Below, piece after piece: positions 39,905 through 49,992 of a stretch of 64,000 nucleotides of DNA. Source of the DNA: Candidatus Latescibacterota bacterium. GTDB taxonomy: Bacteria; Latescibacterota; UBA2968. The position numbers were made by a program, and so were the translations under genes. The stretch is from contig OZ242195.1 in NCBI GenBank assembly GCA_965205975.1, positions 3,680,001-3,744,000 on the forward strand. Reading direction: 5' to 3'. The stretch's first letter is position 1; the number at the start of each line of letters is the position of its first letter. The notes beneath the pieces are model-generated. The model ran no database searches, was not told the DNA's origin, and saw only the letters and a program-made list of their open reading frames with translations.

Positions 39905-40837
39905 ATGTCTGCCCGTTCAACCCAAATCTCGTATCTCTGCTTTCTCCTCCTCTTCTCTTTTTCCGCAGTAAACGCGACAGAATGGCACAAATTTGAACGC
40001 GATGGCCTCGCCTTACACCTCGCGCATAACGATGCGGTTCGGGCAGGAGAATTGTTGAACGCGCTCCTTATTGGGCGCAATGAAATTCGGCGCAAACTGG
40101 GCGGCACACCCGAAATTCCGATAACGGTTTATCTCGCACCGAGCGAAGCTGTTTTTCGAGAATTGACTCACGGGCGGTTGCCGCATTGGAGCGCAGGAGT
40201 TGCATTTCTCGAATCGCGCACCATTATTCTGCAAGCCAGCGCCGACAATTTGCTACAGGTTGCGCGGCACGAATTTGCCCATATATTTTTGCACGCCATC
40301 GCGCCATCACGCGTGCCCGTCTGGTTTCACGAAGGCGTGGCGATGTGGGCATCGCACGAGTGGCGTTTGCGACAAAGTGCGGCTGTGTTTTACGCGGTCT
40401 TTTCGGAAAACTTAATCCCGCTCTCCGAAATTGATGAAGTCCTTTCTTTTCCCTCGGCAAAAGCCGACCTGGCCTACACGGAAAGTTTGCTGGCAGTCTC
40501 TTTTTTGATCCGTTTGGGCGGTCCCAATGCCGTGGTCGTCATGCTTTCCGAACTGGAAGCAGATGCGCCCTTTGAAGTCGCACTATTTCGCGTAACTGGC
40601 GAAACACCCCGCGAATTTGAGCGGCGATGGCGCGATGATGTACAGGCGCGATTCAGTCTGATGACACTACTCTTTTCGCCCGATTTGATCTGGCTGTATC
40701 TCACCCTGCTCTTGCTGCTCGCCTATATATGCGTGAGACTGCGGAATCGCGCGACCTTGCGGCGATGGGAAGCCGAAGACGCAGCCGAAGAATTGACCTT
40801 ACAATTGCGCGTATATCGCCGAGAGGACGAGCAGTGA
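39905..40837 (+). CDS. Peptidase MA-like zinc metalloprotein with C-terminal TM
   Basis: Signal peptide, HEFAH, PVWFHEGVA. Confidence 0.78.
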   Translation: MSARSTQISYLCFLLLFSFSAVNATEWHKFERDGLALHLAHNDAVRAGELLNALLIGRNEIRRKLGGTPEIPITVYLAPSEAVFRELTHGRLPHWSAGVAFLESRTIILQASADNLLQVARHEFAHIFLHAIAPSRVPVWFHEGVAMWASHEWRLRQSAAVFYAVFSENLIPLSEIDEVLSFPSAKADLAYTESLLAVSFLIRLGGPNAVVVMLSELEADAPFEVALFRVTGETPREFERRWRDDVQARFSLMTLLFSPDLIWLYLTLLLLLAYICVRLRNRATLRRWEAEDAAEELTLQLRVYRREDEQ

Positions 40838-41436
40838 TCATAGGCGTAACAGGAGGCATTGGCGCAGGGAAAAGCACCGTGTGCGCCGTATTTGAAGAAG
40901 CTGGTGCCTGCGTAATCGACGCCGATGCAATAGGTCACGAAGTACTCCGCGACCCGATTGTGATTCGCAACCTGACCGATGTGTTCGGACGAGAGATCCT
41001 GGATCCCGACGGACAAATCGCACGCCGGGAATTGGGCAAACAGGCATTTGCGTCTGACAAAAACCGCGAAAAACTCAACGCCATTGTATGGCAACCGCTT
41101 CGGCAGTTATTGCTGGACAAAATTCACGCAGCCCTAAAAAGAGAACCCACACGCCCCGTCGTTGTAGATGCAGCCCTGCTGGTCGAGCGCGGCGATCCAA
41201 AAAAAATCGTCGATGTACTCGTCGTGGTAACCGCCCCCGAAACCTTGCGGATCCAGCGGACAGTGGCACGATTGGGCATCTCCAGAGCCGAAGTCATGGC
41301 CCGACTATCCGCACAATTGCCCGAAGAAGACAAAGTCTCAATCGCAGATTTTGTCATAGTAAATGATAAAACACCCGCCGTGTGTCGCCAGCGCGCGCGG
41401 GCTATTTGGAACAAATTGCAATGTGAGGAACAATGA
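40834..41436 (+). CDS. coaE: Dephospho-CoA kinase
   Basis: IIGVTGGIGAGKST, IDAD, RRELG..AF. Confidence 0.93.
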   Translation: MIIGVTGGIGAGKSTVCAVFEEAGACVIDADAIGHEVLRDPIVIRNLTDVFGREILDPDGQIARRELGKQAFASDKNREKLNAIVWQPLRQLLLDKIHAALKREPTRPVVVDAALLVERGDPKKIVDVLVVVTAPETLRIQRTVARLGISRAEVMARLSAQLPEEDKVSIADFVIVNDKTPAVCRQRARAIWNKLQCEEQ

Positions 41437-42764
41437 ATTACACGCCACATACAGAACGCGATATTCAACACATGCTCAACGCGATCGGAGTAGCATCCAC
41501 TGATGATCTATTTGCACCCGTTCCCGAATCGCTTCGTCTAAACGCGCTCAATCTGCCCCCTGGAATCAGTGAAATGGAGGCGACGGCTTTTGCGCAATCC
41601 CTGACCGATCAGGGGCGCGAGACACCCCTATCGTTTTTAGGCGGGGGAGCTTACGATCACTTTTCGCCCAGCGTGGTCGATGCCATCATTTCACGAGGCG
41701 AATTCTTTACAGCCTACACGCCCTATCAGCCCGAGGTGAGCCAGGGAACCCTTCGGGCTATTTTTGAATTTCAATCCATGATTTGTGAACTGACCAACAT
41801 GGAAGTCGCCAATGCGTCCATGTACGACGGCGCTTCTGCACTGGCCGAAGCCGTGCTTATGTCGGTTCGGCTGAACAACCGTACGCGCGTTTTATTGCCG
41901 CGCAGCCTGCACCCGTTTTACCGCCAGGTGGTAGCGACCTATGTGCGGGGGATAGATCTCGAACTCGTGGATATTCCCTGGTCTGACTCCGGCGCATTGG
42001 ATATGTCAGCTTTGAAGCGCGAATTGAACGACAATACCGCTGCCGTGGTCGTACAAAATCCAAATTTTCTGGGCGTACTCGAACACTTAGACGAAATTGG
42101 CGACCTCGTCAACAATACCAGAACGGCTTTTATAGCCTGCGTCAATCCCATATCTCTGAGCGCGATTCGCCCACCAGGCGACTTCGGCGCCGATATGGTC
42201 GTAGGTGATGGGCAGCCACTGGGCCTGCCCCTGTCTTATGGCGGACCTTATGTCGGCTTTTTTGCATCGCAGGAAGCACATGTGCGAAAAATGCCCGGTC
42301 GTATCTGCGGCCAGACCATCGATGTAGATGGCAAACGCGGCTTTGTACTGACATTGCAAACGCGCGAGCAACACATTCGACGCGAACGCGCCACATCGAA
42401 CATCTGCACCAACCAGACCCTCTGCGCAACCGCAGCAACCGTGTACCTATCCTCAATCGGACCGCAGGGCTTCCGCGAAGTTGGCGAATTGAACTGGCAT
42501 CAAAGCCATCGCGCTTTGCAGGCATTGACCGCATTAGACGGTGTGCACCAGAAATTTTCCGGTCCAATATTTAACGAATTTGTTCTGGAAACAGACCGCA
42601 AAGCATCCGATGTTCTAACAGCTTTGCAACATCGGGGCATCGAAGCCGGCATAGACCTGGGCCGATTTTACCCCGCACTCGAAAATTGTATTCTCACATG
42701 TGTCACGGAAAAACGCACAGACGCCGATATTGATCGCCTGATCGATGAGTGGAGGGCATTGTAA
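41433..42764 (+). CDS. gcvPA: Glycine dehydrogenase (decarboxylating) subunit 1
   Basis: TAYTPYQPEVSQG, NASMYDG, REQHIRRERATSNICTNQ. Confidence 0.96.
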   Translation: MNYTPHTERDIQHMLNAIGVASTDDLFAPVPESLRLNALNLPPGISEMEATAFAQSLTDQGRETPLSFLGGGAYDHFSPSVVDAIISRGEFFTAYTPYQPEVSQGTLRAIFEFQSMICELTNMEVANASMYDGASALAEAVLMSVRLNNRTRVLLPRSLHPFYRQVVATYVRGIDLELVDIPWSDSGALDMSALKRELNDNTAAVVVQNPNFLGVLEHLDEIGDLVNNTRTAFIACVNPISLSAIRPPGDFGADMVVGDGQPLGLPLSYGGPYVGFFASQEAHVRKMPGRICGQTIDVDGKRGFVLTLQTREQHIRRERATSNICTNQTLCATAATVYLSSIGPQGFREVGELNWHQSHRALQALTALDGVHQKFSGPIFNEFVLETDRKASDVLTALQHRGIEAGIDLGRFYPALENCILTCVTEKRTDADIDRLIDEWRAL

Positions 42765-44212
42765 TGGATCGCGATAAGTTAATTTTTGAACGCGGCGCGC
42801 CGGGCAGGCGCTGTGTCGCATTTCCCGCTGCTGTAGATTCCGGAACAGCGATACCCGAAACCATGCGCCGCGATGTGCCCCCCGGTCTCCCCGAAGTGAG
42901 CGAACTGGAACTCGTGCGCCACTACACCGCGCTTTCACAGATGAATTTCAGCATCGATACGCATTTTTACCCCCTGGGATCCTGTACCATGAAATACAAT
43001 CCCAGAGTACATGAGAAAGCTGCGCGTATCCCGCAGATCGCGGGATTGCATCCCCTATCGGAAAACGCCCAACCCGCCCTGCAAATCTTATGGGAAATGG
43101 AACAAGTGCTCAAAGCCGTCAGCGGAATGGATGGATTTACCTTTCAACCCACAGCCGGGGCACAGGGCGAATTCGTGGGAATCTCACTGATCGCCGCCTA
43201 TCACAGGGCACAGGGCAACGCAAAAAAAGTAGTCCTTATCCCCGACTCGGCCCATGGCACAAATCCGGCAACCGCGGCAATCTGTGGATATTCAGTACAG
43301 GCAATAAAATCAACAGAACGCGGCACAGTCGATGTAGAAGACCTCAAAACGCATTTGAACGAAGACGTAGCCGGATTGATGTTGACCAACCCCAACACAT
43401 TTGGCGTATTTGAAGACGAAATTGAAGACATCGCCGCATTGGTACACGACGCGGGTGGCCTCCTGTATTACGATGGCGCGAACTTAAACGCCTTTTTGGG
43501 CCAGTGTAGGCCCGGCGACATGGGCTTTGACGTCGTACACATCAACCTGCACAAAACATTTACCACGCCCCACGGAGGCGGCGGACCCGGCTCTGGTCCC
43601 GTAGGCGTAAAAAAGGCACTCTTGCCATTTTTGCCCCTGCCCGTAGTCCTGAAAGAAGGCGATACATTCAAACTCGACTTTGACCGCCCGGAATCCATCG
43701 GCAAAGTGAGTTCATTCTACGGCAATTTTGGGATGGTAATACGCGCACTGGTCTATGCCAAAATGCTCGGCGCAGAAGGCATGCGCCGCACCAGTGAAAT
43801 GGCCGTCTTGAATGCCAATTATATCGCGGCAAAACTCGACCCCTACTACGACCGCCCCAAAAATGCACAACCCATGCACGAAATGGTATTCTCGGCATCG
43901 CGACAAAAAAAGGCGAACGGGATCACCGCAACCGATATCGCCAAACGGCTGATCGATTACGGCGTCCATCCGCCCACGATCTACTTTCCCCTGCCCAACG
44001 TCGCGCCCGAAACCATGCTCATCGAACCGACCGAAACCGAAAGCCTCGAACAGGTTGACGACTTTATCGAAGCCATGATTCAAATTGCAAAAGAAGCCGA
44101 AGAAAATCCCGACCTCCTCAGAGAAGCCCCCCACGCAACGCCCGTGCGAAGACTGGACGAAGCAACCGCCGCGCGAAAGCCCATTCTTCGATTCAAGACC
44201 AATAACCCTTGA
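42764..44212 (+). CDS. gcvPB: Glycine dehydrogenase (decarboxylating) subunit 2
   Basis: YPLGSCTMKYNP, HGTNPA, NLHKTFTTPHGGGGPG. Confidence 0.96.
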   Translation: MDRDKLIFERGAPGRRCVAFPAAVDSGTAIPETMRRDVPPGLPEVSELELVRHYTALSQMNFSIDTHFYPLGSCTMKYNPRVHEKAARIPQIAGLHPLSENAQPALQILWEMEQVLKAVSGMDGFTFQPTAGAQGEFVGISLIAAYHRAQGNAKKVVLIPDSAHGTNPATAAICGYSVQAIKSTERGTVDVEDLKTHLNEDVAGLMLTNPNTFGVFEDEIEDIAALVHDAGGLLYYDGANLNAFLGQCRPGDMGFDVVHINLHKTFTTPHGGGGPGSGPVGVKKALLPFLPLPVVLKEGDTFKLDFDRPESIGKVSSFYGNFGMVIRALVYAKMLGAEGMRRTSEMAVLNANYIAAKLDPYYDRPKNAQPMHEMVFSASRQKKANGITATDIAKRLIDYGVHPPTIYFPLPNVAPETMLIEPTETESLEQVDDFIEAMIQIAKEAEENPDLLREAPHATPVRRLDEATAARKPILRFKTNNP

Positions 44213-44249
44213 CACATTCAAATATCTAACTATATTCCCTGGGGAATAT
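44209..44249 (+). promoter_or_regulatory. Sigma70 promoter with overlapping palindromic operator
   Basis: TTGACA-16 bp-TATATT; perfect inverted repeat ATATTCCC-TG-GGGAATAT at 44232-44249. Confidence 0.65.
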
Positions 44250-44278
44250 GAATTGTTGATCTCTCCAGGAGAAGTTCC

Positions 44279-44467
44279 ATGAACACGCAAGAATTAATTA
44301 CGACACGAGAGGCGGCTGAAAACCTTGGATATACAATTCAGCACACACGCCTGTTGATACGTCGTGGACAAATTGAAGCCACGAAATTTGGCAGAGATTG
44401 GCTGGTCGTGCGTGAATCGGTTGTCGAGTACAAGACGGGTGGTGCATCAGACAATTCCAACGAATGA
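44279..44467 (+). CDS. Small excisionase/MerR-like HTH DNA-binding protein
   Basis: LITTREAAENLGYT...LIRRGQIEATKFGRDWLV; RBS AGGAG. Confidence 0.85.
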   Translation: MNTQELITTREAAENLGYTIQHTRLLIRRGQIEATKFGRDWLVVRESVVEYKTGGASDNSNE

Positions 44468-44504
44468 ACGGGATAGACCTGATAAGATAGAAAGGAAGGG
44501 CGTC

Positions 44505-44954
44505 ATGGCAACACTTGAAGAGGTCAAAGAGGATATTGGGCAACTGCGGCTTGAGCAAGACACCAAGTTGACCCGACTTGAAACAGAAGTCAAAGAGGAT
44601 ATTGGGCAACTTCGACTTGAGCACGGTAATAAGCTGACGCAGCTTGAGGCAGAAATAGGGCAACTTCGACTTGAGCAAGACAACAAGTTGACCCGACTTG
44701 AAACAGAAGTCAAAGAGGAAATAGGACAACTGCGGCTTGAACACGGCACCCAATTGACGCGGCTTGAGACATTGGTTGAACCCATACCAGAACAATTAAA
44801 AAACATTGCAGAAAGCCTGAGATCACTTGAAAGAAGTCATGCCGAGCACAAGGGCATGGTCGTCGGCGCGCGATGGATTATCGGAGTTGGGCTTGCGGTG
44901 CTGGCGGCCTGTGGTGGCGTTGCCGGTGCTGTTGTCAGCCACGTTTTGAAGTAG
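44505..44954 (+). CDS. Coiled-coil tandem-repeat protein with C-terminal TM anchor
   Basis: Four 18-22 aa repeats (EVKEDIGQLRLEQDTKLTRLET) and a hydrophobic C-terminus; RBS AAGGAAGG. Confidence 0.75.
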   Translation: MATLEEVKEDIGQLRLEQDTKLTRLETEVKEDIGQLRLEHGNKLTQLEAEIGQLRLEQDNKLTRLETEVKEEIGQLRLEHGTQLTRLETLVEPIPEQLKNIAESLRSLERSHAEHKGMVVGARWIIGVGLAVLAACGGVAGAVVSHVLK

Positions 44955-44979
44955 AGAACAGTGTCGGGTGAGGTGACAA

Positions 44980-45834
44980 ATGAGTACACATAGCGTAAAA
45001 GCACCGCCCCTCAAAATTCAAGGCATCAAAACAAAGCTCGTTTCATTTATTATGCACAATGTGAAATGGGATGGACAGGGGCGATGGGTTGAACCCTTCT
45101 TGGGATCGGGGGTTGTGGCACTAAACGTCAATCCCGAGAGAGCCTTGCTCGCAGATACGAATGAACACATCATTCACTTCTATCGCGCAATACAAACTGG
45201 CGAAATGAATCCCTATGATTTGCGCTGCTTTTTAGAACGAGAAGGGAGTGCGCTGAAAGAAAAAGGCCAGGACCACTACTATGAACTGCGTGAACGTTTT
45301 AATACAAATCATTCGCCCTTTGACTTTCTCTTTTTAAATCGCGCGTGTTTTAATGGCATGATGAGATTCAACTCAAAGGGCAAATTTAACGTGCCTTTTT
45401 GCAGAAAGCCCGAAAGATTCGCTCAGGCTTATATCACCAAAATATGCAATCAAGTCGCCTGGGCACTTGAAAGAATAAAGGGGAAAGATTGGCACTTCGA
45501 GGTTCAGGACTGGCGTGATACGATAAGCCAAATTGAAGATTCCGATTTTGTATATCTCGATCCGCCTTATAATGACAGACATACGGATTATTACAACCAG
45601 TGGCGCGACAGTGATGCCGATGGATTGGCGCGAGCAGTCAAAAAATTAAAAGCTCCTTTTGCTTACTCTACCTGGAAGCAAAATAAATACCGTACAAATG
45701 ATCACCTGACAAAGCATTTCTCTGATTTTCCCATGGCGACAAAGGCGCATTTCTATCATATCGGCTCAAAAGAATCCCTCCGCAACGCGATGGAAGAAGC
45801 ACTCGTCATGTCTCCAGCGGCTTTTGTTTTTTAA
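44980..45834 (+). CDS. D12-class N6-adenine DNA methyltransferase, M.EcoRV-like
   Basis: PPLKIQGIKTKLV, EPFLGSG, FLFLNRACFNG, RFAQAYITKI, YLDPPY, HFYHIG; matches my recollection of M.EcoRV. Confidence 0.88.
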   Translation: MSTHSVKAPPLKIQGIKTKLVSFIMHNVKWDGQGRWVEPFLGSGVVALNVNPERALLADTNEHIIHFYRAIQTGEMNPYDLRCFLEREGSALKEKGQDHYYELRERFNTNHSPFDFLFLNRACFNGMMRFNSKGKFNVPFCRKPERFAQAYITKICNQVAWALERIKGKDWHFEVQDWRDTISQIEDSDFVYLDPPYNDRHTDYYNQWRDSDADGLARAVKKLKAPFAYSTWKQNKYRTNDHLTKHFSDFPMATKAHFYHIGSKESLRNAMEEALVMSPAAFVF

Positions 45835-46628
45835 TCGGCGCAAAAACTCCAGGCCTCAACTGTACCCGCCTTAAGTTCATCAATAATTCTATCACTAAAA
45901 AGAATGCTATCAGCGAACCACAGAGCGCGTTTAGCACCTGACGCCAATGCTTCTTTGTATTTCGTGTAGTATCTAAGCGCGATTCTCTTATTCTGCGCCA
46001 TCTGTTCTTTATACGGACGGCGTTCCACATAGGGTTTATAGCAATAATACTTGTAAGACATATCCTCTCCCTGGCTCAGCCCGCGCACAATCATAAAAAG
46101 ATCTTTGTGAAAACTTGCAATGATCAGATAGACATTCGCAATAAAAGGACCATTGGGAAACGCCCTCGCATATTGATACGCCACCTTTATGTCGGGCATT
46201 TCAAGTCCATTAGTACTCATAATCTGTGAAAAAAGGGTATATTCCCGATATTTGGAATAAGGGTTCAGTTCATGGGCCTGGACGAGGATTTTGCCGGAAT
46301 ACAGTAAGACCGGAACATATCTGCTTATTTCGAATCCCAACTCACCTGCGCTATTGTTACTGAATTTTTTGCGTGTTTCTATTCCCACCACAAGCGTGTG
46401 TCCATCGTATTTGGAATAACCTTCAGAATCTTCAGAATATTTCGGCAACTCCTCTGCGAGGAACGCCCTCAATTTCCCATCTAACTCGACATATTTTTTT
46501 ACCGTCGGACTTGCTATTGTCGCCTCGTATTCCGCATAAAGCTGATCGAGTCGTTGTTGTATGGGATCTTCTCCAAACGCATTTGAAGTAATCGCGCACC
46601 CCATAAAAATATAGAAAATTATTCTCAC
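45831..46628 (-). CDS. Hypothetical exported protein
   Basis: 265 aa ORF, RBS AAGGAGG, signal-peptide-like N-terminus, no recognised domain. Confidence 0.65.
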   Translation of the reverse strand: MRIIFYIFMGCAITSNAFGEDPIQQRLDQLYAEYEATIASPTVKKYVELDGKLRAFLAEELPKYSEDSEGYSKYDGHTLVVGIETRKKFSNNSAGELGFEISRYVPVLLYSGKILVQAHELNPYSKYREYTLFSQIMSTNGLEMPDIKVAYQYARAFPNGPFIANVYLIIASFHKDLFMIVRGLSQGEDMSYKYYCYKPYVERRPYKEQMAQNKRIALRYYTKYKEALASGAKRALWFADSILFSDRIIDELKAGTVEAWSFCAD

Positions 46629-46752
46629 CGCACACCCTCCTTAATTTATCCTCACTTCTCTTTGCATCTCGTATATTCCCGTTCTCTGGGCAGTTCAAGA
46701 TTTTCTGGCATGTTCTTTTTTAACGTATTATGGTAAAATAGGGCAAAACCTT

Positions 46753-46784
46753 CTGGATCGCGGCTAACACCCTGCCGCGATGAC
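46753..46784. repeat. CTGGAT-type REP-like palindrome
   Basis: CTGGATCGCGGCTAACACCCTGCCGCGATGAC, similar to 25044, 33429 and 47808. Confidence 0.8.
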
Positions 46785-46887
46785 GGCGACCCTTACCTCT
46801 TAGACCTTTCATATCCTTGTATCTTTGTGTCTTAGTGTCTTTGTGTGAGGCCCTCTCACATCCTACTTCCCACAAGCAGGTGCTATC

Positions 46888-47706
46888 ATGTCCTTCCAAT
46901 TCACAGAAAAGCACATCGCCGATTACCACACCCTCGGCTACACAATCTTCCAGAATATCATACCCACATCCCTGCTCACAGACCTGCGCCGCGTCTCCGA
47001 CAAAGCCAGAGAAATAGCGCGCAAAGTCACCGGTCCACAGGCGCAGCGCCTCCAGCCCATCGCCAAATACGACCTCGACCAGCGCCCCTTCAAAAACTAC
47101 GGTGAATTGCCAGAACTCAACGACGCCATCCATCGCGTCCTCACCCCGCATCACTACCACGCCGACCTCAACCGCACCGGCATCCTGCTCGAACCCGCCC
47201 AATACCCCTGGTGTACGGACTGGCACCGCGACTGGCGCGATCACATGCCCCGGGAAGTATTCGAATCCGAATTTCGCGAAGAATGGCAATGGCAATCCTT
47301 CCACATCGACTACCAGAACCAGATCAACTGCGCCCTATACGAAGACCCCGCCACCTGGATCGTACCCGGCAGCCACTATCGCCAGCGCAACCTCCCCGGC
47401 GAAATCGCCGCCAAAAATGCCTATGACCGCGACAAATTCCGCAATCAGAAACCCGTATCCAACGAACAGCAAGAACGCGACTGCCTCGACTACACGCGCA
47501 ACATGCCCGGTGCGGTGCAACTGCGCCTCAACGCGGGCGACTTCGCCCTCTACCGCTCCAGCGCCTGGCACCTCGGCAATTACGTCCCCTACCGCAAACG
47601 CGCCACCCTCCACGACTTCTGCGGCACACCTGAATATTCCCAACACATCAACGACCGCGTTGAAAGACGAGAAACCGCCATCAAACGCCTTGCATCTGCG
47701 ACATAA
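46888..47706 (+). CDS. PhyH-family dioxygenase
   Basis: DWHRDW, WIVPGSH, AGD...WHLG, RATLH. Confidence 0.8.
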   Translation: MSFQFTEKHIADYHTLGYTIFQNIIPTSLLTDLRRVSDKAREIARKVTGPQAQRLQPIAKYDLDQRPFKNYGELPELNDAIHRVLTPHHYHADLNRTGILLEPAQYPWCTDWHRDWRDHMPREVFESEFREEWQWQSFHIDYQNQINCALYEDPATWIVPGSHYRQRNLPGEIAAKNAYDRDKFRNQKPVSNEQQERDCLDYTRNMPGAVQLRLNAGDFALYRSSAWHLGNYVPYRKRATLHDFCGTPEYSQHINDRVERRETAIKRLASAT

Positions 47707-47807
47707 ACACATCCGGCGTCATGCACATAACTATTGTCTCTGCATTTTTCTATTCGTAAATTTAAGTACTGCCCAGAATTCTTCTGGTTAAAAAATAAAA
47801 AATTCTT

Positions 47808-47883
47808 CTGGATTGCGGCTCAAAACCATGCCGCAATGACACCTGTTGCTCGTCACGCCTGCATGCTTTAAGCAGGCGTCCAG
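47808..47883. repeat. Paired REP-like element
   Basis: Nearly identical to 33429-33504. Confidence 0.85.
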
Positions 47884-47931
47884 TTGTAAACCATTCCGTC
47901 TATTCGTTGATTCGTATAAAGGAGCCACGTC

Positions 47932-48702
47932 ATGCAACTCACACCCGAACAAATCCGCGAATTTTACGACCGCGGCTACGTCAAAATACCCGGAGCCATA
48001 TCAAAAGCCATGGTCGATACCGCGCGGCAAGCCGTCAACCACTCCATCGGCACCCTGGGACCAAATGGCGAAGACATGTCCAAACACCGCGCAGCGCAAT
48101 TCTGCCGCGACTTGAACGGCGCCCCGGTCATCATGGACCTCTTCAACGCCAGCCCGGTCATCTCCCTCGCCGAATCCCTCATGGGAGAAGGCAACTTGCA
48201 AAAACCCATCAGAGGCGCGCAAGTCGCCCCGCGCTTTCCCACAGTAATCGGCGAAGTCCCACCCGAACCCCGCGGCCATCTCGACGGCATGGGCACCGGC
48301 ACCAATGGCATGCCAAAAGGCGTGTACCGCCGCGGATTCACGGCCTTCGCCGTCATCTATCTCGCCGACGTACCCGAACCCTACAGCGGCAACTTCACCG
48401 TCTGGCCCCAATCCCATCGCTTCTTTGAAAACTACTTCAAACGCGAGGGCCTCGAAACACTCTCCAACGGCACCCCGCGTATCGACCTGCCCGAAGGCCC
48501 GGACATGGTCACCGGCAACGCTGGCGACCTCATCATCGCACACCATCAGATGATCCACACCGGTGGCCCCAATGCCTCGCCCAACATACGCTACGCCGCC
48601 ATCGCGCGCCTGCGCCACATCGACTGCGAGAAAAATGGCAACGAAGGCTTCCAGGACATCTGGCGCGAATTTCCCTGCGTGCGCGAAGCCATCGCAGCGT
48701 AA
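47932..48702 (+). CDS. PhyH-family dioxygenase
   Basis: LTPEQIREFYDRGY, GHLDG, GNFTVWPQSH, IHTGGPN. Confidence 0.85.
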   Translation: MQLTPEQIREFYDRGYVKIPGAISKAMVDTARQAVNHSIGTLGPNGEDMSKHRAAQFCRDLNGAPVIMDLFNASPVISLAESLMGEGNLQKPIRGAQVAPRFPTVIGEVPPEPRGHLDGMGTGTNGMPKGVYRRGFTAFAVIYLADVPEPYSGNFTVWPQSHRFFENYFKREGLETLSNGTPRIDLPEGPDMVTGNAGDLIIAHHQMIHTGGPNASPNIRYAAIARLRHIDCEKNGNEGFQDIWREFPCVREAIAA

Positions 48703-48728
48703 ACCACCTCACCAGGGGAAACAACACC

Positions 48729-49493
48729 ATGTTAAACCAGACACAAAAACGCCAATTCGCCGAAGAAGGCTACCTCAAAATCCCAGAGGCTGTCCCCAAA
48801 AACATGATCGAAACATCTCTTCGCGCCGTCAACCATTCCATCGGCAACGTCGGCATTGGCGGCGAAGACCTCTCCAGACATCGCTCGGGATTCTTCTGCG
48901 CCGAACTCCTCGACGCGCCCTTCATCCTCGACATGTACAACAAAACCCCGGTCATGCAAATCGCCGAATCGCTCATGGGCAAAGGCAATGTCCTCCCCGT
49001 TGAACGCGCCAAAACCTATCCGCGCTTTCCCCTCCCCCTCGGACAAGAACCATCGCCACCGCGCGGACACATCGACGGCATTGGCAGCGGCACCAACGGC
49101 ACGGCCAAAGGCGATTACAAACGCTCATTCACCGCCTTCGCCGTTGTCTATCTCGTCGATGTACCCGAACCCTACAGCGGCAACTTCACCGTCTGGCCCC
49201 AATCCCATCGCTTCTTTGCCTCCTACTTCACAGAACACGGCCACGAAGTACTCGCCAACGGCATGCCCAGGCCCGACCTGCCCAAAGACCCCATCATGAT
49301 CACCGGCAACGCGGGCGACCTCATCCTCGCGCATCACCAGGTCGTTCACGGAGCCTGTCTCAACGCATCGCCCAACGTGCGCCTCGCCACCATCACCCGC
49401 CTCAAGCACAAAGACACCGACGAAATCGGCAAAGACGCGTACACGGACATCTGGCGCGAATGGTCTGGGGTGCGGGATGTAATCAAGGGCTAA
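48729..49493 (+). CDS. PhyH-family dioxygenase (tandem paralogue of the preceding gene)
   Basis: GHIDG, GNFTVWPQSH, VHGACLN. Confidence 0.85.
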   Translation: MLNQTQKRQFAEEGYLKIPEAVPKNMIETSLRAVNHSIGNVGIGGEDLSRHRSGFFCAELLDAPFILDMYNKTPVMQIAESLMGKGNVLPVERAKTYPRFPLPLGQEPSPPRGHIDGIGSGTNGTAKGDYKRSFTAFAVVYLVDVPEPYSGNFTVWPQSHRFFASYFTEHGHEVLANGMPRPDLPKDPIMITGNAGDLILAHHQVVHGACLNASPNVRLATITRLKHKDTDEIGKDAYTDIWREWSGVRDVIKG

Positions 49494-49503
49494 AAGTGTG
49501 CTT

Positions 49504-49986
49504 ATGGGAAAATTTCAGAGCATCGAATTGGGTGCTGGCCAATCTGAATTTGGACGAAAATTTTACCCGAAATGTCTTGAAACTGATAGCGACCTCAGTC
49601 TTTTAAATAGCAATTGTATTGATGTGATCACAGACGCGCGTAAAATCTGTATTGACGACGGTTCATTTGATTGCGTTATTTTATGTAATCCATACGAATA
49701 TGGATTTATTCGCGAAGAGGGGCTCGTTCTTCTTCGTGAAATCGTACGTATCTTGAAAGACCAAGGACAAGTAATCCTCATTACTTCATCTTTTAATCCC
49801 TATTGTCAACCTCAGCGTGTTGAACAAATTGTCAACACTCTGAGATCGGAGATTGATATTATCATTCAGATGCAAGTCACTACCATCAATCCTCAAACGC
49901 AATATCCAGAACAAAAATTTTATCGTCTTGATGGCACAGAGACAAATCCAAACACTGAAATCATTCTTCAAATCCAAAAATCGTGA
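49504..49986 (+). CDS. Small class I SAM-dependent methyltransferase
   Basis: IELGAG, DA..I..DDGSFD.V, REIVRILK..G; AT-rich. Confidence 0.72.
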   Translation: MGKFQSIELGAGQSEFGRKFYPKCLETDSDLSLLNSNCIDVITDARKICIDDGSFDCVILCNPYEYGFIREEGLVLLREIVRILKDQGQVILITSSFNPYCQPQRVEQIVNTLRSEIDIIIQMQVTTINPQTQYPEQKFYRLDGTETNPNTEIILQIQKS

Positions 49987-49992
49987 ACAGAT

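Noticed and set aside
44517..44770. Repeats with 54-66 bp period resembling a CRISPR array
   Set aside because: The whole unit repeats and encodes a coiled coil; no unique spacers.
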